Below are positions 53,470 through 64,000 of a stretch of 64,000 nt of DNA, piece after piece. The notes below the pieces were generated by a model that searched no databases, had not been told where the DNA came from, and saw only the letters and a program-made list of their open reading frames with translations. Both the position numbers and the translations under genes were made by a program. Numbering within the stretch: position 1 is the stretch's first letter; every line of letters begins with the position of its first letter. The stretch lies in contig CM022670.1 in NCBI GenBank assembly GCA_012295275.1, positions 11,780,001 to 11,844,000 on the forward strand, in the 5' to 3' direction. Source of the stretch: Chrysomallon squamiferum. Taxonomy: Eukaryota > Animalia > Mollusca.

Positions 53470-55506
53470 ACCAAGAACTTTGTTAAATTATTATTATTTT
53501 TATTATGCTTTAATATACTTTATGCTTATTATTACATGTTTAGTGAAGACACCTTATCGAAATATTATTGGCTGATTTGACTGTAATTTAAGTATTGCTT
53601 CTAACATCTTCCCTATTTAAACACTTATATATAATTTGTAAATATATAAACTTCAGTTTAACTATATTTTGAAAATTGCTGTTTTCAGTATTTCTATTTG
53701 TTTATTTATTTATTTTATTATTTTTTATTCTTATTTATTTATTTAGTTAGTTATTTAGTTAGTTATCTGGTTATTATTTTAAATTATCTCTCTGGAAATA
53801 TAAAGAACTAGTATAAATATATTCTGAATTCTATAAAAATGAAAATGTCAGTCAGTAATGTACGCTGTGACGTCACGATTCTTGTTGTAAAGTTATACAA
53901 TCATAGTATTTACATGATTTGTAACAGTCTTATTATAATACTCGGTTCATAATTATCAAATAATATCTTCATAGTTTTCTGATTATATGAATCTATGTTT
54001 ATAAAACATAAATAAATTTAAAATATGGGCGTTGGAAATTAAGATTTTGACTTAGACTCTGTCGAAACCAACTCATTATTTCATTAAATATTAAATTACA
54101 TACATCGACACAGATACAACAGTGAAACAACACGAATACGAAAGAGCCGGATACGAAAAACCAGTCAGGTATATAATAAAGTAATAGACATTGCTGGAAT
54201 GAAGTTTATTTTTACACATTGCTTCGTTTTTTATTTTACGTTTAAATTAAAATAATTTCTTCTTTTTTTTAAATCTTCCCTTTTTGAACACTTTTTTAAA
54301 ATATAATTTGTATATAAATAAACTTCAGTTTAATTATATTTAATTTTATATATTTCTAATTATTTATTTATTGATATATTTATTTTATTTTATTTAATTA
54401 TTTATTTATTTTTTTATTTGGTTAGTTAGTTAGTTAGTTATCTGGTTATTATTTTAAATTATCCCTCTGGAAATATGAAGAACCAGTACAAATATATTCT
54501 GAATTCTCTAAAAATGCAAATGTCATCCAGCCATGTACGTGATGACGTCACGATTTTGGTTGTAAAGAGGTAAAATGACAGCATTTTATTTTATTGTAAT
54601 TTCTGATTGTGTGAATATATGATTTTAAAAATAATTTAAATAAATAAAAGTATTTTATTAAAAAATGTGTTTATTATATTAATTTATTATAATCATTTAT
54701 TTGTTTAAAAAGTGTTTTAAAGTAATAAAACGTGTTGTATGAAATGAATGTATTAAATTACAATAATAAAAATTAAAAAAACCTGTTTAGTAAACCACCA
54801 AAAATAACCATATTAAACTATGCACCTAATTTCTTAATACACATTATGTACCTGTAAAAAAAGTATTTACTCAAATGAATATTTTATTGATGAAAAAGAG
54901 ATGATTTAAAAAAAAAATTAAATTTAAAACAAAATGTGTAATATATTAAATTACATGAACGTGATAAATATTAAAGTACATATATATTTCTGACGTACAT
55001 AAAATATAACGTCTGAAAATTTAAAGCGAAAATGTATAATGAAAGACATTTAATGAGAATCTTATGTCAGAAAATATGGACGTTGGAAATTAAGATTTAT
55101 AAATCAGTCATTTTGACTTAGATTCTGTCCGATTCACCACCTTATTTCATAAAATATCTGACACAGATACGACACTGTAACGAAACGAATACAAAACAGC
55201 ACACCTATCTTTTTTTATCTCTGTTTTGCAATGACAAGAAACCACATCGACACACATCACAAATTTTGTAAAGAAAAAAAAAACAAATGTATTGCGAAAG
55301 TGGATCAGCAAGAAAAGAAAAGAAAATGTTTGGGGAAAAAAGGGGAATTTATTTTACATGATAACCAGGAAGACGTTCTCGCATGACTCATGTTAAATAA
55401 CAAGTATAAATATTCAGGTGCACAAACATTTTACATTTCTGTCTTCGTTGTTGTATATGCTGCATCTAAGCTTTTTGAATAAATACTTTGAAGTGGACAG
55501 TAAACA

Positions 55507-56477
55507 ATGTATCAGTCGAGATTTACTGGTGGGTCGTTGCTTTTGACACTTGGGTGTATTTTCAACAACTGGGACGTTTGTCTTGGAACGTGTGATATCT
55601 ACACTGGGCCTTCGGGTTCTGTGGACTGTTTTCTTGGCACGCCATATTACTTTAAATATCAATGGGGAACCTGTCTCACCAATAGCTACATTCAACAGAA
55701 GTCTGGCGGAAAAGACAGTTGTCGAGATCCAATTGCAATTTACTGTTATTATCAATGTATGCTTGAAGATCATGGTCTGGACCATGGCCCTGTATATTCT
55801 GATTGTCTATGTTCAGGCGGGTCATCCTCACCACCCACAGATACTACACCCACCGATGCTCCCACAACTACTCTACCGCCGTGGTGTTCAAGTCCCGACG
55901 GGTCGGACTGTTCGTGGTACAGGCAATGCTTAGAAAAGAAGTACCCGTGTGAAGACTCGCAGAATGGTTACGCCATCAGTTACGCTGAAAAGTTTTGTAA
56001 TTTACATACCAAGTCTTCGACCAGCTTCTCTAGCATTGGACAGGTATTCGTCTTAATGATCCGCAAAAACTTGTTTGAAATTATAAAAAACCATCAACAA
56101 GATTTATTTATTTATTTATCTATTTATCTATCTGTCTATTTCTTTATTATTTCAAATAGTTTAATTTTGCGGCAAACTGTTATTCTATTGTATTTTTATT
56201 TTTATTTATTTATTTATTTATTCATTTTATTATTCATATTATTCATATTATTATATTTATAATTTTTATTTTTTATATTTTGTTGTTTCTCTCTTATATT
56301 CCTCGTTTTTATTGACGATCATACCTGAGATTTTTATCCTTTCGTTTCATTGTTTTCTTATTCTCATCCACTTATCTCGTCCTTTTCTTCTGTTATATAA
56401 TGTCACATTACAGTTTGGATGGTGATGATAAAAATGAAAACTAGTATAAATCATAGTAGGATTCTTGTTCTTTTTCG

Positions 56478-56513
<36 letters not shown>

Positions 56514-57355
56514 CATCATCATCACTATTATCATCATCATCATTATAATAATAATTGTTATTATTACAGAAATGGATAAATGCTGTGAGGAAATGTCTTC
56601 AGGTATCCCTGGTGCCTCTGTTACGTCCCTGGGAATCTCCTTCATGTCGAGATATCAAGGTCCTCGCCTTTGCGTCGCACACAAATTGTTACCTGCATCC
56701 TTATGAAAACGCTCCTTCTATTTGTGACTTGCCCGTAGAAGACTGGTGGAAGGTATTCTGGACAATCAAAAGCGCCTATGTTGAAGCGACACTGCCAACT
56801 TTGAAAGGAGCATTGGAAACTGTAATCGGGTGCGGTAATCGGTACATGGACGAAGCGTACGAGTTCATCAGAATAATACGACTAAAAGTGACAAACGTGA
56901 TTAACCGATTCAAAAGGTCTGCTGATGACAACCCGTTGGACGCTCTGGCCGGGGATGTGGCTGATTCTATTGCAGATGAGCTTGGCTGGAAGTCGAGTGG
57001 AGTTGGGTGGTTTGCTTATGCAGAGAACGACACTCTGGAACCAACTGAAAAACAGTCTACCGTGAACATTTCCATGATTATAGCTGACCAGTCCCGGCTG
57101 GATGTCAATGATATCAGTTCCACGATTTTAGATCTAAATAAAATAGTGGATGCTTTGGCGGATGCTGTCCAAAGTGGACGTCTGAAAATTAAAACAAGAG
57201 GAAAGTCGGAAGACGTTTCGATTAAAACGATGTGGGCGTGTGTTGACGTCGCGTGTAATAACACATACATGATGGTTTTCGGGGAAGCAAGCAGTGTGCA
57301 TCCATCTGTAATCCTACTAATCATGGCGTTGATTAATTTGATGTACGTGTTTTAG
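55507..57355 (+). CDS. Secreted Cys-rich, putatively GPI-anchored protein, array copy 3 (type B), ~440 aa
   Basis: Exons 55507-56043 and 56570-57355, intact; RFKR furin-type site; ends EASSVHPSVILLIMALINLMYVF*. Confidence 0.88.
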
Positions 57356-57852
57356 TTTAAAACAACAGAAAAAACAATCAGTAGACATCAACAGAAATAA
57401 CAGTTAATACGTGAAGAAGAACAGTAGATAATGATTTATTTTTACCAAAAACAGAAATAATTTTCTATTAATACTTTGAGTTTGCTTCACTGTTAATTGT
57501 TAACTGTATTGTGATTGTGAATTGTATTTTGTATTACCTTGGTTTCGTGAGGGACATTTTTTTGTTTGATTTCTTTTAATGCAGTTCTGGATACTAAACT
57601 GATGAAACAGTGTAGAGATATATTCACTAATTAAAATATGTATAATTTTTGTTGCCGTTGTTATTTTCCTTTTTGTTATTTCTTTTTATAATAATAATAA
57701 TAATAATAATAATAATCATATTATGACTAACAGTAGTTAGTTATGTCAGCTATGCTTTTATATAAATTATATCGGAACTACTACTACTACTTAATAATCA
57801 ATAGTATGAATACTCCCCAAAAACATCAGAAAACACAACAACAAAACAAATG

Positions 57853-57891
<39 letters not shown>

Positions 57892-58219
57892 TTAATTTAT
57901 CTCATTATGAATACCTCTTTTCTTAAACTGATTTAAATGACAGGTATACACAAGCCATCATAGTTACTTTTAATCTTAAACAGGTGGTGCATTGTGCGAA
58001 CTTGTGTCCTGGCATGTTGCCCACGACTTATTCACATTTTAGTACCTTTATCAGAGGCGGTGTTGTACGCTGAATACCTATAGGTTTGACAGTTCATCTT
58101 CAAGTTACAGTTCAAGTACGCCTTGACCGAAACTTTTAAACTTGTTAGACTATATTATTTTATATTTAAAATCAAAACAACGAAAAGGGTGCCTGAAAGA
58201 AAGATGAACAAAGGATGAG

Positions 58220-59691
58220 AAGACTCGCAGAATGCTTACGCCATCAGTTACGCTGAATGGTTTTGTCTCTTATGAACTAAATCGTCTACGAACTTCTCTA
58301 TCTGTACTCGAGTATGTCCTAAACTATCTTACAGATTTTGTTTGTTTGTTCCTCTTTTTTTTCAGTTTTTTTTTTTTTCCTCGGAAATTAAGATAAAAGG
58401 TCTTCTGGCTAACTATTAAACAAATAAAATAACAAACTAAATAATAAAAACTACAAATTCAAATTCAAATTATGTCACCGATCTATTATAATAATAATAA
58501 TAATAATACAAATGATGATGATGATAACTAATACTACTTGAGGAAATGTCTTCAGGTATCCTTGGTGCCTCTGTTACGTCTCATGTCGAGATATCAGGGA
58601 CTGCGCCTTTGCCTCGTTCTCAGACTGTTATCTGCATCTTTACCGAGGAGCGTCTTCAGTTTGTGATTTGCCTGTAGGAGACTGGTGGAAAGTATTCTGG
58701 ACAATCAAAGGCACATTTCCAAATGCATCAGTTGCCTCTTTGAAAGGGACGTTAGATTCAATGCTGGGGTGTGGCAAACAGTACATGGGCGATGTGTACC
58801 CGTTCGTTCGGATAATTAAGCTGGATGTCGCAAACAACGTGGAACATTACTCAGCAGACGAAAACATTCACGAGAAGAGAAATTCATCATATGGAAATAT
58901 TCATGAGAAGAGAAATTCAACATATGAAAATATTCATGAGAAGAGAAATTCAACAGATAAAAACATTTATAGAAATAAAAATCTGACTAGTGACGACAGG
59001 CTAGCTGAGTACGTTGGTAAAATAGCTGACTCTCTTGCTGCCAGAATGGACTGGAAATCGAAAGGAGTTGGATGGTTTGCTTTTGTGTCAAACAAGACTG
59101 TTCTTGCACAAGTGTTAAACATTTCAATTATCATCGCTGACAGGTTTAAGTTGGACGTTGACGTTTAAATAAAAAAAAAAAGACATCTCTAAACCTAAAC
59201 GAGATAATAGTCGCTTTCAGATGCTGTCAAAAATGGCTCTCTTCAAATTGAGATCCAAGCCAATTAAAATCAATAAACTCGTCATCTGCCAAGATGTTGA
59301 ATGTAATCAAATGGAAACGCCCTTCTTGTTAACATCGTCACCGCCGACCACGTTCAATCCAAGAACATCTACATTACCTTCTTCGACTTCTACACAGACT
59401 GGTCCAACATCTACATCAACAACTTCTTCGCCAGTAGCAAAACACAAGTACCAACGTCTTCTGGATCAACTACATCTACGTATCTGCCAACATCAGCCTA
59501 CAAACCAGACGTGTCGTTGTCAACTAAATCAGGCTTGACAATGAAGACATCCCCAGTATCAACAGCATCGATGACAACGGTCCGTGGTGAAACAATTCAG
59601 AATGGTTACTGGACTTTCTCCAAATTTAGGAATCTCTGCTGTCGTTGTTGGTGTCGTATCGGTTCATGTGCTGCACGCTATTTCAATCTGA
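58220..59691 (+). pseudogene. 5'-truncated, decayed type A copy
   Basis: Only the end of exon 1 remains (gaagactcgcagaatgcttacgccatcagttacgctgaa); exon 2 acceptor lost; internal deletion at ~58580; TAA at 59166; further frameshifts. Confidence 0.88.
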
Positions 59692-59920
59692 ACCAAGAAC
59701 TTTGTAAAATCACTATTATTTTTTATTAAGCTTTATTATACCTTATGCATATTATTACATGTTTAGTGAAGACAGCTTTCCGAAATATTATTGTCAGATT
59801 TGTCTGTAATTTAAGTATTGTTTTTAACATCTTTCCTTTTTATACACTTATTTAAAATATTATTTATAAATAAATAAATTTCAGTTTAATTGTATTCAGT
59901 GTTTTATGTTTTTAAAAAAT

Positions 59921-60566
59921 CGCTCCTTCTATATGTGACTTGTCTGTAGGAGACTGGTGGAAGGTATTCTGGACAATCAAAAGCGCCTATGTTCAAGCGA
60001 CACTGCCAGTTTTCAAAGGAACGTTGGAAACAGCAATCGGGTGCGGCAGCCAGTACTTGAATCAACAGTACGAGTTCATCAGAATAATACGACTACAAGT
60101 GACAAACGTGATTAACCGATTCAAAACGTCTGCTGATGAAAACCGGTTGGACGCTCTGGCCGGGGATGTGGCTGATTCTACTGCAGAGCAGCTTGGCTGG
60201 AAGTCGAGTGGAGTTGGATGGTTTGCTTATGCAGAGAACGACATTCTTGAACCAACTGAAAAACAAACTTTCGTGGACATTTCCATGATTATAGCTGACA
60301 AGTTCCAGCTGGATGTCAATGTCAACAGTTCAACGATTTTGGATCTAAATAAAATAGTGGACGTTTTGGCGGATGCTGTCCAAATGGGAAGTCTGAAAAT
60401 TAAAACAAGAGGAATATCGGAAGACGTTTCGATCAAGACGATGTGGGCGTGTGTTGACGTCGCGTGTAATAACACATACATGATGGTTTTCGGGGAAGCA
60501 AGCAGTGTGCATCCATCTGTAATACTACTAATCATGGCGTTGATTAATTTGATGTACGTGTTCTAG
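59921..60566 (+). pseudogene. 5'-truncated type B fragment with open frame
   Basis: Begins abruptly at APSICDL within exon 2, with no acceptor or ATG; open to TAG 60566. Confidence 0.82.
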
Positions 60567-61062
60567 TTTAAAGAAACAGAAAAAACAATCAGTAGACATC
60601 AACGGAAATAACAGTTAATACGTGAAGAAGAACAGTAGATAATGATTTATTTTTACCAAAAACAGAAATAATTTTCTATTAATACTTTGAGTTTGCTTCA
60701 CTGTTAATTGTTAACTGTATTGTGATTGTGAATTGTATTTTGTATTACCTTGGCTTCGTGAGGGACATTTTTTTGTTTGATTTCTTTTAATGCAGTTCTG
60801 GATACTAAACTGATGAAACAGTGTAGAGATATATTCACTAATTAAAATATGTATAATTTTTGTTGCCGTTGTTATTTTCCTTTTTGTTATTTCTTTTTAT
60901 AATAATAATAATAATAATAATAATAATCATATTATGACTAACAGTAGTTAGTTATGTCAGCTATGCTTTTATATAAATTATATCGGAACTACTACTACTA
61001 CTTAATAATCAATAGTATGAATACTCCCAAAAACATCAGAAAACACAACAACAAAACAAATG

Positions 61063-61116
<54 letters not shown>

Positions 61117-61442
61117 AATTTATCTCATTATGAATACCTCTTTTCTTAAACTGATTTAAATGACAGGTATACACAAGCCATCATAGTTACTTTTAATCTT
61201 AAACAGGTGGTGCATTGTGCGAACTTGTGTCCTGGCATGTTGCCCACGACTTATTCACATTTTAGTACCTTTATCAGAGGCGGTGTTGTACGCTGAATAC
61301 CTATAGGTTTGACAGTTCATCTTCAAGTTACAGTTCAAGTACGCCTTGACCGAAACTTTTAAACTTGTTAGACTATATTATTTTATATTTAAAATCAAAA
61401 CAACGAAAAGGGTGCCTGAAAGAAAGATGAACAAAGGATGAG

Positions 61443-62913
61443 AAGACTCGCAGAATGCTTACGCCATCAGTTACGCTGAAAGGTTTTGTTTCTTATGAAC
61501 TAAATCTTCTACGAACTTCTCTATCTGTACTCGAGTATGTCCTAAACTATCTTACAGATTTTGTTTGTTTGTTCCTCTTTTTTTTTCAGTTTTTTTTTTT
61601 TTCCTCGGAAATTAAGGTAAAAGGTCTTCTGGCTAACTATTAAACAAATAAAATAACAAACTAAATAATAAAACTACAAATTCAAATTCAAATTATGTCA
61701 CCGATCTATTATAATAATAATAATAATAATACAAATGATGATGATGATAACTAATACTACTTGAGGAAATGTCTTCAGGTATCCTTGGTGCCTCTGTTAC
61801 GTCTCATGTCGAGATATCAGGGACTGCGCCTTTGCCTCGTTCTCAGACTGTTATCTGCATCTTTACCGAGGAGCGTCTTCAGTTTGTGATTTGCCTGTAG
61901 GAGACTGGTGGAAAGTATTCTGGACAATCAAAGGCACATTTCCAAATGCATCAGTTGCCTCTTTGAAAGGGACGTTAGATTCAATGCTGGGGTGTGGCAA
62001 ACAGTACATGGGCGATGTGTACCCGTTCGTTCGGATAATTAAGCTGGATGTCGCAAACAACGTGGAACATTACTCAGCAGACGAAAACATTCACGAGAAG
62101 AGAAATTCATCATATGGAAATATTCATGAGAAGAGAAATTCAACATATGAAAATATTCATGAGAAGAGAAATTCAACAGATAAAAACATTTATAGAAATA
62201 AAATCTGACTAGTGACGACAGGCTAGCTGAGTACGTTGGTAAAATAGCTGACTCTCTTGCTGCCAGAATGGACTGGAAATCGAAAGGAGTTGGATGGTTT
62301 GCTTTTGTGTCAAACAAGACTGTTCTTGCACAAGTGTTAAACATTTCAATTATCATCGCTGACAGGTTTAAGTTGGACGTTGACGTTTAAATAAAAAAAA
62401 AAGACATCTCTAAACCTAAACGAGATAATAGTCGCTTTCAGATGCTGTCAAAAATGGCTCTCTTCAAATTGAGATCCAAGCCAATTAAAATCAATAAACT
62501 CGTCATCTGCCAAGATGTTGAATGTAATCAAATGGAAACGCCCTTCTTGTTAACATCGTCACCGCCGACCACGTTCAATCCAAGAACATCTACATTACCT
62601 TCTTCGACTTCTACACAGACTGGTCCAACATCTACATCAACAACTTCTTCGCCAGTAGCAAAAACACAAGTACCAACGTCTTCTGGATCAACTACATCTA
62701 CGTATCTGCCAACATCAGCCTACAAGCCAGACGTGTCGTTGTCAACTAAATCAGGCTTGACAATGAAGACATCCCCAGTATCAACAGCATCGATGACAAC
62801 GGTCCGTGGTGAAACAATTCAGAATGGTTACTGGACTTTCTCCAAATTTAGGAATCTCTGCTGTCGTTGTTGGTGTCGTATCGGTTCATGTGCTGCACGC
62901 TATTTCAATCTGA
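61443..62913 (+). pseudogene. 5'-truncated, decayed type A copy (duplicate of 58220-59691)
   Basis: Shares the same deletions and TAA; differs in single-A indels at ~62200 and ~62660. Confidence 0.88.
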
Positions 62914-63141
62914 ACCAAGAACTTTGTAAAATCACTATTATTTTTATTAAGCTTTATTATACCTTATGCATATTATTACATGTTTAGTGAAGACAGCTTT
63001 CCGAAATATTATTGTCAGATTTGTCTGTAATTTAAGTATTGTTTTTAACATCTTTCCTTTTTATACACTTATTTAAAATATTATTTATAAATAAATAAAT
63101 TTCAGTTTAATTGTATTCAGTGTTTTATGTTTTTAAAAAAT

Positions 63142-63787
63142 CGCTCCTTCTATATGTGACTTGTCTGTAGGAGACTGGTGGAAGGTATTCTGGACAATCA
63201 AAAGCGCCTATGTTCAAGCGACACTGCCAGTTTTCAAAGGAACGTTGGAAACAGCAATCGGGTGCGGCAGCCAGTACTTGAATCAACAGTACGAGTTCAT
63301 CAGAATAATACGACTACAAGTGACAAACGTGATTAACCGATTCAAAACGTCTGCTGATGAAAACCGGTTGGACGCTCTGGCCGGGGATGTGGCTGATTCT
63401 ACTGCAGAGCAGCTTGGCTGGAAGTCGAGTGGAGTTGGATGGTTTGCTTATGCAGAGAACGACATTCTTGAACCAACTGAAAAACAAACTTTCGTGGACA
63501 TTTCCATGATTATAGCTGACCAGTCCCGGCTGGATGTCAATGATATCAGTTCCACGATTTTAGATCTAAATAAAATAGTGGATGCTTTGGCGGATGCTGT
63601 CCAAAGTGGACGTCTGAAAATTAAAACAAGAGGAAAGTCGGAAGACGTTTCGATTAAAACGATGTGGGCGTGTGTTGACGTCGCGTGTAATAACACATAC
63701 ATGATGGTTTTCGGGGAAGCAAGCAGTGTGCATCCATCTGTAATCCTACTAATCATGGCGTTGATTAATTTGATGTACGTGTTTTAG
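63142..63787 (+). pseudogene. 5'-truncated type B fragment, chimera of the 59.9-kb fragment and copy 3
   Basis: Protein identical to the 59940 ORF up to KQTFVDISMIIAD, then identical to copy 3 (QSRLDVNDISS...QSGRLKIKTRGKSED). Confidence 0.82.
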
Positions 63788-64000
63788 TTTAAAACAACAG
63801 AAAAAACAATCAGTAGACATCAACAGAAATAACAGTTAATACGTGAAGAAGAACAGTAGATAATGATTTATTTTTACCAAAAACAGAAATAATTTTCTAT
63901 TAATACTTTGAGTTTTGCTTCACTGTTAATTGTTAACTGTATTGTGATTGTGAATTGTATTTTGTATTACCTTGGTTTCGTGAGGGACATTTTTTGTTTG

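Larger units (their letters stand above)
57300..64000. repeat. ~3.22-kb near-identical tandem duplication (2 units plus the start of a third)
   Basis: ORF offsets 58668->61891, 59940->63161, 60566->63787; spacers 57356-58220 and 60567-61440 almost identical; the same spacer restarts at 63788. Confidence 0.95.

Noticed and set aside
53019-63756. Recurrent antisense ORFs (53019, 57016, 58640, 60227, 61863, 63448)
   Set aside because: Shadows of the duplicated plus-strand coding sequence; recurrence is explained by the duplication.

Overview
AT-rich, intron-rich animal genomic DNA with many microsatellites. It is inferred to be an invertebrate, plausibly a mollusc or other lophotrochozoan; the taxon cannot be proven from sequence alone. 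Gene order: FBXO25/FBXO32 (atrogin-1-like, -, 8 coding exons) lies head-to-head with Selenoprotein P (+). These are followed by CDC20 (+), TRAPPC5 (-), an ADAMTS6/10-like protease (+, ~24 exons) and a tandem array (48-64 kb) of uncharacterised secreted, Cys-rich, probably GPI-anchored proteins. Main observations: (1) The SELENOP gene is largely hidden from the ORF track. It has 9 in-frame UGA codons (1 in the N-terminal UxxC motif, 8 in a tail past the apparent stop), a clean type-2 SECIS, and a 1-nt frame break in the last coding exon. (2) The divergent FBXO32/SELENOP spacer has a cluster of FOXO sites, and both genes are classical FOXO targets in mammals. (3) The surface-protein array shows module-swapping between copies, a gain/loss furin site, and 5'-truncated fragments in a 3.2-kb tandem repeat. 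(4) Four minisatellites sit exactly on splice junctions. Tigger and hAT MITE-like insertions are also present. Exon coordinates were read by eye and may be off by a few bases.
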